Shown piece after piece: positions 1-10,000 of a stretch of 64,000 nucleotides of DNA. The position numbers and the translations under genes are program-made. How positions within the stretch are numbered: position 1 is the stretch's first letter; every line of letters begins with the position of its first letter. The DNA lies in the IMG/VR virus record IMGVR_UViG_3300036770_006954, positions 32,001 to 96,000 of that record. One strand, given 5' to 3'. This DNA is from a virus. A model generated the notes under the pieces. The model saw only the letters and a list, made by a program, of their open reading frames with translations. It was not told the origin of the DNA and made no database searches.

Positions 1-89
1 CAAACTTGTTTAGTACCATCACCATTATCCGTTTGTGAGATTCTGGTTTGCTTACCCAAATACTGGTTCAACATTGAATTAATATTCAT
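1..89 (-). CDS. Hypothetical protein, 3'-truncated by the window edge (MNINSMLNQYLGKQTRISQTDNGDGTKQV...)
   Basis: ATG at 89-87, frame open to the window edge, TATTTATT motif 13 nt upstream; not in the ORF track. Confidence 0.6.
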   Translation of the reverse strand, partial: MNINSMLNQYLGKQTRISQTDNGDGTKQV

Positions 90-135
90 AATTCTTTTTC
101 TTAATAAATATACAACCAAAAAGAATAATCACTTT

Positions 136-3100
136 TTAGGTACAAGTGGGGGTAACCGTGTTAATTACATTTATATTGTTTGGTGCAGGTGTTGGTGTTA
201 TAGTCGGTGTAAATACCTGAATCGTAGTTGTCAGCCCAAGTTGTCTCGCTAAATTGACTGCAGTAATCAAATTGAGTTGAAGTGTGGTATTTTGAGTTTG
301 TGATGTCCCCCTTGGATATGGCCAATTCTGTAAGAAGTATGCCTCAATACTCTTTTGTCTTATTTCACCCAATGAGTTTGTTACCCTATCTCTCACGAAA
401 TTAATGTAACCAAGAGCAGAATCAAACACTGCGAACGGCATTGAAACTTCGGTGGTATTCTCTGTCTTCATTCTTCTACAAGTATAGGTTCTTAAGAAGT
501 ATCTATCAGCAGTTGCTCCGTAATCGTAGTTCAGAGTAATCTTACCATAGTTGTTATTTGAAGATACAAACTTACTATCAACACCTGTTGAAGCATAGGA
601 CAAAACGAATATCACAAATTTAATATCCTCATCGTCGGTTGATTGATTCAATAATGAAACAAACCCTGCGGTGTTCAGTGAGGTATTTACACCCGCAACT
701 GATTCATAACCCAAAGTATTCAAGTATGGTTCCTCAAGAACTTTAGACATACAAGAGTTTTGAGTATCACCACTTGTACGAGTGTCAGTTGATAAGTTTG
801 CATTGTTACCTTGAGTTGTGGTTGTCGTTGTTCCTCTTGAGACATCTTTTTGTTGTTTAACACTCTTAAGAAGTTTCGTAACCAAATTTTTGTTAATACT
901 CTGCAGATATCCGTCAAGGACCGGCAATGTAAAAATACTTTGTCTAACACCATTAAACTTTGTTTGGAATGTACCAGGAGCTATGGTGTGTTGGACATCG
1001 GTTATCATATAAGAACCATTGAACAATGGGACATGTCTTAGGTTAAAGTACATGGTCGGTTGAATAAGCGCATTACCAAAAGAGATAACTTCACACTCAT
1101 AACTCATATTCTTGTATATGTTATACAACGATACATTTTGAGTTGCCGTGGTTCTACCCGCAGCACTTGCCGACATTAAATTAATTTGTTGGATTGATTC
1201 AGAAGTCGCTTTACCACCATTTTGAGAAATACTGAATGAATAAAATACATTTTGATTTCTTGTACCAATATCAACATTGAATCCCACAACTCTGTTAGAT
1301 AATGCCCAGTCAGTTTTGTTTGTTTGGTCCTCAATCAATGGATTCAACTGAGATTCTCTTAAGTCAAATGCATCACTTCGGAACATGTAGTTTTTGTTCT
1401 CACTTTGCATGTCCAAGTAAGTTGAAGGTCTTTCCGTATAAAAACAAACCAATTTTGGTCCCGAGTTTCTGTAATCCACGTTCAAGAAAGTACCCCACAT
1501 ACTATTGGCGAAATCACGACCTGGTTCTATGTTTGGTTGTGCCGCAGCTGAAACATCTTGTACGTTGTAAAAATTAACATAAGCAGGCATTGGCATAACC
1601 GAAAAATGGTTTTCAGTGAGTATACCACTAATAAACACAAAGACACTCATGTTGTAGTTCAAGTTGTCTGCGTTTACTAATTTTTGTAAATTGAAAATAT
1701 CCAAGATAATCTTATCCCCCACATTTCGTGATGCTCTGTCTAAGAATAAAATGTCCTCGAACAAAGTTTGATTTGTATAATCTGAACCCGCAATCCATTT
1801 ATCATTGAGGGCTTTGAATGTCTCGTACAATTCGACCTTACTTTGTTTTGAATCAAACTTAGATTGAATTGTTCTTTCAGGAAGTTCAGTAATATTTGGT
1901 AATTCTCTTCTAATGAGAGTTAGGGTATTATTCAGAGCGGTATTTTGAAAATTCAAATTGACCGATAAATAATTTTGAACTGATTGAGCAAAACTTATAC
2001 TGGTGATTGTGGGGTCATCAAGTTTTTGTGTTGCATACATCTTAATAAGAGGAGCCAAGAACTCAACATTTTGTTGAGTAAATGCAATGTCGTTATCCAC
2101 AAAGAAGTCGGTAATGAACGACCCCCCATTAGTATATTGTAACTCAGGAATTTGTGAGAATCCAACATTTTCCCTCAAAGCTAACCATGCTGCTGGGTTA
2201 TCAATCTGTGACTGAATTAATGTAGTTGTACCCCCTGCAGTGGGTAAAGACCCGTCAACATAAGGTTCAAACGGAATTGGGTCAACGACAATGTTATTTC
2301 CCGTAATATAAGTTAAGTAAGAATCGGTTTCCCTTCTTTTGTATTGTGTCGGGTTACCAAGTCTAAGTGCCACATCATACTCCATAAGGTTTTGAATCTC
2401 ACTCATAGACTTAGAGAACTGGTCGTCGATGACTTGTTTGAACAAATCTTCCTGAGACGCAAATGTCGCAGGTAAAGGAACACTCATCAATTCTCTGTAG
2501 AGAAGTTGGAAGTTTCTGTAGGACTCGTTTGTTGAGTTTCCTTGAGGACTTATCCCTCTTGTTGATGCGGTTGTTTCATCAATAATAAAATCCCCATCAC
2601 CCACCTGTGGGTCAAAGTTAAGAACTGACTGAGAGAATTTAAGATATTCTCTTTCAAACAAGTCAAGTACTTGTTTCTCAAATGTTCCAAGTAAGTCATC
2701 TACTTTTGAGTAGTTGTCCGTAACTAACGTACTTGTTGTGTTATTGATTAACCTAAACGGAGCAACATCACCTATTTGTGGAATGAGGTTCATATACGCA
2801 TCGTAGTCAGGTCTTTGGATATCTGTTAGGTCAAGATATCCGTAGTTTGGCATCTTCCAAAAGGTTCGTACCGAACCATTATAAAGAGAAGGATTGTTAA
2901 TTAAGTCTTCAGTTAATACCCCAGCTTGGTTAAATGCAACCTCACGGAATTGGTTTTGATTGGTACCAAATGAAGGAAGGACATAATAATTCGTTCTCGG
3001 AGTAGACGGGGGGGTATTACAAACTAACTGAGTTGGGTTAGAAGGTTCTACCGTATCGGGGATAATTGAACTGTAGGTGTTTAGATTTACAACCCTATCT

Positions 3101-6100
3101 AATCCTGTTGTATCTACTGTTGAAACAAATATATTTGACTCAGATAGATTCTGAACTTTGAATCCTTGAGCTAATGATTGGTTAATTTCACTATCAGTGT
3201 AGTTGGTCCAAAGGTCTACTCCGTTTAAGAAGTAGTTAAAGTCGTTGATAGTTTTTGGGTAGAAACCGATTTGAAGTTCATCATACTGTGTCGTTCCATC
3301 AAAATCAGTCTCTTGAAGGGTAATTGTACCCACTCCGTTAAGGGTGTAACTTGTACCTGTTGAACCACTAACGGGGTCGTAGTTGTTGATGTAATCGAAG
3401 TCAGTCCAAATGGGACTTAATATATCTTGACCTGTTTGAATAAACTCTTTGTATCTGTGCCAAATTGAACCATACTTTAAAATCCACACATATGGAAGTC
3501 GGTGTACTGCACCGAACTTCTTCATACTCGCAAAGATAAAGTCGAGTGGGATTGCCGAATCCAAAGTCTTGTACCTTTCCTTAAGAGTTGCTAATGGCAG
3601 TGAGTTCAAGAAAAGATATGCGGCTTGTTTGTAAGGGGCACTTACATTGTTTTTTTGGTTTTGTACCCCATACTGAATCGCATTGATAAAATATGGTGTG
3701 TTCAACATCGAGGTGGTTGTACGACCAATTGTTCCTAATTGGTTTGGAACAAACCCTTCGGTTGGTAAAAGTTCGGATGCAGTTCTACCCAAGAAAAACT
3801 CCGCCAACCCGTCTCTTAAATCGGGTGATTGAACTTCCAAGTAAGAGAAAGTTGTTACTGGTCTAACAGAAGTCTTGTCCAACGCATCTTCGAAGTTGGT
3901 AATCAAGTTTTTGGGACCATACACCTTATAGGTTCTTGTGGTGTTAAATACACGATTATAGTCACCTGTGAACAAGTAGTTGTTCAGGTAGGTTGCGTTC
4001 CACAGAGCGTCTGTAAATGGGTATGTGTCAGTGATTTGAGGTAGATTGGTGTTTGTAGTTGAAAGAAGTTGTTCTAGATACTGAATCTGTGGTAATGAGA
4101 AGTTCTGAGTTTGAACCGAAGTTGACAAACTATTCATCGACAGAATTGATGAACTATTGTTTATTTCATCCCTCAAGTATCCTGTAATGTAATAATCACG
4201 AACAAAGTTGTTCCAATCTCTACCAGTACCATCATTGGATATGGTGGATAAAAATTCAACATAGTTGTTGGCAGTAAGTGGGAAGTTTTTTAACTTCAAA
4301 ATGATATACGGAGCACTAATTCCCAAACTTGAAACGATATTGTTGGATTCAACTTTTGAAACAAGTTCTGACACACCAGTCTCCAATGGTGTTCCAACCA
4401 CCCTTCCCAATCCTGTATATCTTGGGTATATGAAACTTCTTTCATAAATCTCATAGAAGAATCTCACCTCTTCTTTATTGAGGTACGCCAAGTTCACATA
4501 AGGGAACTCAAGAGCGTTGATATTCAATATTGAGGTTACTTGTCCACTGTTCTCTTGTGTGGGTTGACTTATTGATGGCTGAAATTTTTGAGCCACACCC
4601 TTGAGGTATTCTTCAACAAATTCAACTTCAGGCCATTTGTCATACAGGTACCCTTTTGTAAGATTAACAATCGCAGGGTCACCAGGATAAGCTAATTCGT
4701 ATCTGTTTTTTTGTGGGTCAAAGTTTCCTGTAGTACTTGTGTTGGTGATGTTGTTTTCAATAAAAACTTGTGGCCATGGGTAGACAGGTTCTTCGGAACT
4801 ACGAGCCGCATCCGATGCGTTTGCTGCATACTGAACATTTCTTACCGTATCAGAGTTAGGAACTGTAGTTGAATTATTGAACACCACACTTTTTCTAACT
4901 GGGTCAGTTCTTACATCCCAAGCAGTTCTGTGTACTTCATCCATCAATCGGATAAACGCTTCGGTAGATGCGAACATAACGGCCATAACGTTTCTTACGG
5001 TGGGTACAAAACCAAGTCCACTGGTTGATGCTATAGTTTCAGCCAACTTTGCACTAATTTCAGTTTCCAAATTGGACACCTTTTTGTCCAAATCAGCCTG
5101 CATTGTTCTTATCAAAGTGTCAAATCTACCAGGACCTTCAAAAATAAAAAAAGGTTTTTTGACTTCTTTAATCCCTTGAGGAGTCATCTCAATTGTGACA
5201 TTAAACTGATTTTTGAGAAGTTGTACAAAAAAATCTGCAGTTTGTCCTGAAGTCGGATTGACAATTCCTGTTTGTTGTCTGAGTGTTCTAATTACATCTA
5301 CCTGACTTGGGTCAATAGTTGCTATAAAAGTTTTTTGAGTAATAGAATTGTCAATTTTTAAATTCTTTACCCCCCTTGTTTCCCCAAATGTTCTGTTCTC
5401 ATTTAATCTCAAGTTGAAAGAATCTACCTCAGCTTTTAGCTCCGTTAAGGCCTGTTCTCTTTCTTGCGGACCCAATTCCGTCTTAAATCCAAACACAATT
5501 GTTTCATCTTTAAGAATATATGCGTTTGGATTGATATATTTGGTGAACCAAGAATTTTTATCTCCCCGTACTTTTTTGAAATATTCATCCAAATACTTAC
5601 CATATGATGTGGCATCAGTTAATGGTTGTAAGTCTGCTTTGCCTTTGAATTCATTTAATAAATCTTGTTCAAGATGTTGAAGTTTGTATGCCATTTCAGC
5701 AACGGTAATTTCAGGGAAATCCAAAGGAATTAATCCTTTAGCCTTGTATTCCCCATACATCTCTTTAATTTTTTGAGTTCCCCTCTCTGAGATTGTTTCG
5801 ATACTTGTTTGAGTGCTTGATATTGTTGAATCTCCAACCAAACCACCTTCATATGAATTCTGATTGATAACACTTGTATCCTGAAGACTCACATCACTTT
5901 GAGTTATGTTGAAAGTCTTACTGTACATGTGAGGAGTCGCAATCAAATGTCCTAAGGAAATTTCGTTGAGGATATTGTATTTGTATCCGTAAAACTGACA
6001 GGTGATTTGGTAGTTACCACTAAAGGTGTTGAATCTCGCATCAAACTTGTGAAGATTCAATTGATATCTAATGGCTTGTCCGTACCATCCCTTCATTGTA

Positions 6101-6705
6101 AGGTAAAAGGGGGGATATGGTAAATTGAAAAAGGCGGCATAAGGGGACTGGTCACCTGATTCAAACAATGCTTTACCTTGTACATCCTCAAGTTCAATGG
6201 TTACTTCAGGAATGAATGACATTGTAGTCCTAACTTGAATACTTGTGATACCAAGTAACCCTGGGTCAATTACCCTACCTCTATTGTCTGTCGCGGTAAA
6301 TTGTTTGTAAAATTTTTGACCATTTTGGTCGTTACTAACTACCGTTTCATATCGTTGTAATCTTGCCTTACCTTGATTTGAATTTTGTCCCGTCAGGTCA
6401 TCATAATAACCTGTGTTGAGAAATTCATCATCGTTTGGTTTTAGGAAATTAATCGAAGCAATTGAAATTGTTCTTAAGTTATCCTGAGGGGTTCCTCCAA
6501 TGGCAAGTTTCGTTCTTGGAAGAACTGAAGCTTCCAAGTTTGCATACATAACCAAATTTTCGTGGTCAACAACTCTTTCTTCGATGATGTTTTTTCCACC
6601 GTTACCGATTCTTGAAGTCTTATTCGGGTCTACTAAAATTATGTTATTGTAGTCCGCTTCAACAAAAATGTTTCCCGAGTTGTCACCGAATACATTACCT
6701 GCCAT
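136..6705 (-). CDS. Very large baseplate hub-like structural protein (gp27/late-control-D-like elements) with a degenerate glucosaminidase-like C-terminus
   Basis: 2189 aa ORF in the tail module. 'ITSIQVRT..FIPEVTIELEDVQG' near the N-terminus and 'YECEVISFGNALIQPTMYFNL..FNGSYMITDVQHTI..FQTKFNGVR' are typical of hub proteins. Confidence 0.65.
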   Translation of the reverse strand: MAGNVFGDNSGNIFVEADYNNIILVDPNKTSRIGNGGKNIIEERVVDHENLVMYANLEASVLPRTKLAIGGTPQDNLRTISIASINFLKPNDDEFLNTGYYDDLTGQNSNQGKARLQRYETVVSNDQNGQKFYKQFTATDNRGRVIDPGLLGITSIQVRTTMSFIPEVTIELEDVQGKALFESGDQSPYAAFFNLPYPPFYLTMKGWYGQAIRYQLNLHKFDARFNTFSGNYQITCQFYGYKYNILNEISLGHLIATPHMYSKTFNITQSDVSLQDTSVINQNSYEGGLVGDSTISSTQTSIETISERGTQKIKEMYGEYKAKGLIPLDFPEITVAEMAYKLQHLEQDLLNEFKGKADLQPLTDATSYGKYLDEYFKKVRGDKNSWFTKYINPNAYILKDETIVFGFKTELGPQEREQALTELKAEVDSFNLRLNENRTFGETRGVKNLKIDNSITQKTFIATIDPSQVDVIRTLRQQTGIVNPTSGQTADFFVQLLKNQFNVTIEMTPQGIKEVKKPFFIFEGPGRFDTLIRTMQADLDKKVSNLETEISAKLAETIASTSGLGFVPTVRNVMAVMFASTEAFIRLMDEVHRTAWDVRTDPVRKSVVFNNSTTVPNSDTVRNVQYAANASDAARSSEEPVYPWPQVFIENNITNTSTTGNFDPQKNRYELAYPGDPAIVNLTKGYLYDKWPEVEFVEEYLKGVAQKFQPSISQPTQENSGQVTSILNINALEFPYVNLAYLNKEEVRFFYEIYERSFIYPRYTGLGRVVGTPLETGVSELVSKVESNNIVSSLGISAPYIILKLKNFPLTANNYVEFLSTISNDGTGRDWNNFVRDYYITGYLRDEINNSSSILSMNSLSTSVQTQNFSLPQIQYLEQLLSTTNTNLPQITDTYPFTDALWNATYLNNYLFTGDYNRVFNTTRTYKVYGPKNLITNFEDALDKTSVRPVTTFSYLEVQSPDLRDGLAEFFLGRTASELLPTEGFVPNQLGTIGRTTTSMLNTPYFINAIQYGVQNQKNNVSAPYKQAAYLFLNSLPLATLKERYKTLDSAIPLDFIFASMKKFGAVHRLPYVWILKYGSIWHRYKEFIQTGQDILSPIWTDFDYINNYDPVSGSTGTSYTLNGVGTITLQETDFDGTTQYDELQIGFYPKTINDFNYFLNGVDLWTNYTDSEINQSLAQGFKVQNLSESNIFVSTVDTTGLDRVVNLNTYSSIIPDTVEPSNPTQLVCNTPPSTPRTNYYVLPSFGTNQNQFREVAFNQAGVLTEDLINNPSLYNGSVRTFWKMPNYGYLDLTDIQRPDYDAYMNLIPQIGDVAPFRLINNTTSTLVTDNYSKVDDLLGTFEKQVLDLFEREYLKFSQSVLNFDPQVGDGDFIIDETTASTRGISPQGNSTNESYRNFQLLYRELMSVPLPATFASQEDLFKQVIDDQFSKSMSEIQNLMEYDVALRLGNPTQYKRRETDSYLTYITGNNIVVDPIPFEPYVDGSLPTAGGTTTLIQSQIDNPAAWLALRENVGFSQIPELQYTNGGSFITDFFVDNDIAFTQQNVEFLAPLIKMYATQKLDDPTITSISFAQSVQNYLSVNLNFQNTALNNTLTLIRRELPNITELPERTIQSKFDSKQSKVELYETFKALNDKWIAGSDYTNQTLFEDILFLDRASRNVGDKIILDIFNLQKLVNADNLNYNMSVFVFISGILTENHFSVMPMPAYVNFYNVQDVSAAAQPNIEPGRDFANSMWGTFLNVDYRNSGPKLVCFYTERPSTYLDMQSENKNYMFRSDAFDLRESQLNPLIEDQTNKTDWALSNRVVGFNVDIGTRNQNVFYSFSISQNGGKATSESIQQINLMSASAAGRTTATQNVSLYNIYKNMSYECEVISFGNALIQPTMYFNLRHVPLFNGSYMITDVQHTIAPGTFQTKFNGVRQSIFTLPVLDGYLQSINKNLVTKLLKSVKQQKDVSRGTTTTTTQGNNANLSTDTRTSGDTQNSCMSKVLEEPYLNTLGYESVAGVNTSLNTAGFVSLLNQSTDDEDIKFVIFVLSYASTGVDSKFVSSNNNYGKITLNYDYGATADRYFLRTYTCRRMKTENTTEVSMPFAVFDSALGYINFVRDRVTNSLGEIRQKSIEAYFLQNWPYPRGTSQTQNTTLQLNLITAVNLARQLGLTTTIQVFTPTITPTPAPNNINVINTVTPTCT

Positions 6706-7018
6706 AATAATAGAAATAGTTGTCCACCGCTAATTTGTAGTCCTGTAGAGAAGTTATCAAAGGATATGGAATATTCAAGACAGCACCGTCGTAGATGTTA
6801 TTTTCCAATCCACCAAACTCAGGATTAGCCTGAAGAATCAACCAAGAAAAAAATGGTGTTCCATAATATTCTTGAGATACGGTGTCCAATCTACTTCTTC
6901 CTACTTTGTAAACAAAAATTTTGTCTGAAGGTTTTGGGGCAAGTGGAACAAACGGAACAACACTGGTTTGTCCGTTTATTTCAAAAGGGGTGTATCGATT
7001 ATAATAATTAAATGCCAT
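6695..7018 (-). CDS. LysM-like baseplate protein (T4 gp53/P2 gpX-like)
   Basis: Probable start MAFNYY at 7018 (TAATG overlap with the upstream stop). 'RLDTVSQEYYGTPFFSWLILQANP..IYDGAVLNIP' is the LysM/gpX pattern. Confidence 0.75.
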   Translation of the reverse strand: MAFNYYNRYTPFEINGQTSVVPFVPLAPKPSDKIFVYKVGRSRLDTVSQEYYGTPFFSWLILQANPEFGGLENNIYDGAVLNIPYPLITSLQDYKLAVDNYFYYYGR

Positions 7019-10000
7019 TATAATAATTGTGCCTTTCCGATTATAACATTTGCACCAACCGAAGTGGTCCAAGATGTTGTATTGGAGTCAATGTTATTTT
7101 TGTTACCTAAGTTTTTAATTAATTGTACTTGTTCTGCGGTTGGTTGTAAAATGGTTTCGTAGGTAAAGACTCTTTCTTTGTTTAGGTTGAATGGGTTGAA
7201 ATTCAAATAATCTCTAAGAGCATTTGTTTGAAAATCAGTCAAGAATGTATTTGTCGCTGCGTTTTCTGATAGGTAGGCAGGTCTTGCGACTCCCTTCCAA
7301 TAGTTATCGAATGATTGTTCCACTTGAACAAAAGTGACATTACCCAATACTCCTTGGTTATCTCTTAAATTACCAATAATAGCTTCCTTGAAAGTATTGT
7401 ATCGATTCTCATCCAATATTTGTTGTGACAAAATGAAGTATTGTCTTCTATTTGCCTCACTATCCCAAAAGGTATCATCCGTAAATGGCTCAAAAACTTG
7501 TGATTTAACAGCATCTTGGTCAGGAAGGTCTGTTACGGTATATCCCGAATAAACTTTACCACTCACATTAGCGGTGTACAGACTCTCAATTACATTATTG
7601 AATTCTGTGAGTGCCGAAGCCACCACTCCAATATCTTGAATAAGTTCTTCAAGAGTATTTGTCACACCTGCAGAGGACGCTGATATTGCCGATGTTCCTG
7701 AGATGTTCAACACAACAGCATTACCATTCGTGGTTTGGAATCCATCCATACCTAAGGTCGGGTCACTATCGTAGTACGGAATCACATTTGCCCGAGAAAG
7801 TGTTTGAATATAAGATGTTTGAGTATCAACTAAGTTTTGAAGAATTGTTGTTGCCCCATTTTGGAATTCACCTCTAAAGTTAGCAACATAATCTTTGTAA
7901 TTATTTTTGATAGCTCTTATCGTTTTATTCGAGAATATTCTAACATCATCAACCAAGTATTTTATAAATCCATCTTGGTCGTTAGTAATATCAGTGGTAA
8001 ATGATTGGAAAACACTATTCACATCACTTTCGAATTTTGATGGTTTACCAAACAATGGTACATTGTATCCAACACCAGTTACTAACATTTCACCATCAGT
8101 ATATCTTCTTGAGAAACTAAATTGTTGTCTAACAGCATTGTTGTATTGTAAATTCAAATCCCTAATCTTGTTATTAACTGTTGCAAAATAGTTTTGTGTC
8201 TGACCAACTAAAGAAGCCATAAATTCTTGGTATGCAATCGTACCAATATCCCCATTAGCAGTGTTTGTCGTAGTTAAAACACGACCAATCGTTTCTAAAT
8301 TGCTCTTTGGTTGTGTAGATTGAACTTGATTTAACGTTGGTGGTGGTACCTTAAGATTAAGTTGTTGAATGAATTCTTGGTCGAGTACCTTGTAACTATC
8401 GTCCGTAGCGTCCGCTCTATCGTCATATATTTCAGTATTCGCATAGAAATTGAACGACAATGCATTCTGTAGTTTGTCTACGGACTCTTTCAAACCTTGA
8501 CCCCCAACAAATTGGAATGAAAGTGTTACATTTGCAATCATCGGTTGTACACCAATTCCTTCAGGATTCAAATCCAAATCCTCATATGTAATTGATAGGT
8601 TTTCGGGTATAATCTTGGAGTGGAAGAAGTCACCAACCCTTAATACTAATACTGGTGGAGCACCAAAAGCTGTGTTTACGGCATTGTTATACTGAAGACT
8701 GGTTCCTCCTTGTTTGTCAGTTTTTACAGTTGGAATTGTGTCTCCAGGTCTCATACACTGTTGAAGGAATGTCAATCTTGAATTGAGACCTTCAGGTGTT
8801 ATAGAGTGGAATGCAGGATGAAAGAACTTTAGTTTTTCTTTCAAACTGTCATAGACCATTGGCGTTTGTTCTTTGATTACTTCAAAATAATCACACTCAG
8901 ATAATAAACTACGAAGAACTCTTTTTGTAATATTGTCTCTAAAAACAGTTTCTTCAACTACCTGTGTCACGGGTGGTTTCGGTCTCCTTTGTTCAATGAT
9001 TTGTTCATCATAAAATGGAATTTCTTCAGGAACATCAATGTCAGTAGTAGGTGGAACTTGTTTAAACTCAATGTTTGTAATTGCCGTTCTACGACAAGCC
9101 ATCGCATTGACACTATAAACTTGTGATGTTCTTGAAAGAGAATCTTGGTTCGTACAATCAAATAAACCATAGGCTCTGTTATCAAGTCCAATTGGTATTA
9201 CATTTTTAGCTAATTCTCCCTCTGTAATTTGAGTGATAGTCAATCTTTTAGGGTTACTTTCCATAAACGTTTTTAATTGACCAATACTTTCAATATATTT
9301 AATTGCGGAAACCATTCTTCTTTGTGAAAGAAGTTCGTTGTATGGCACTGTTTGAGGATTAGAGGCACTACTCTCTAAAACTAAATGACATGTTGCAGTC
9401 TCATCGTTTTCTAAATCCTTACTAAGTTGGATTAACATTTCCTCAATTGCACTTTTGTTTCCTTCCACAACTTGAGTAAAAAATTCTGAAACCTGAAATT
9501 GTTCATTTATTTTTGAACTCTCAACTGCATATTTTTGTTTGTTTGCTGGACTTGTGTAAGTATTATAATAAACCTCATAATTCTGTACTTCAACATTCGG
9601 TTTAGGAATGTCATTTTCGAAATACAATCCATAGTTTTGAAGTTTCAAATAATCAAATCCTGATGTGGTGAAACTTGATTGAGAACCTGATGGCGTATAC
9701 CCCCCTCCAGCAGTTCCACCGGCACTAGTATCAAATCCCCCACTTTGAACTGTTCTCACATAGTATTCCACATCCTCACCTGAAACATTTTTTGTTTCCA
9801 ATCTTTGTTGAATTTCAAAAATGTCGTTAGGATTTACCGTGTAATACTTTCTTGCAAGTTCATACAAATCATATTTTCTACAACCAGCGAAGAATGAATC
9901 CAAAATTTCATCAGCTCTTTGACTCAAATTTGTATCATTCAAAACCCTATTAACCAACATATTCATTACAGAGGGGTGGTCAACAACAATTTTCCATTGT

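Noticed and set aside
6695-7072. ORF-track starts at 7072, and likewise 27304, 32252 and 58062
   Set aside because: Downstream ATGs that overlap the previous gene's end (7018, 27262, 32231, 58074) are more plausible
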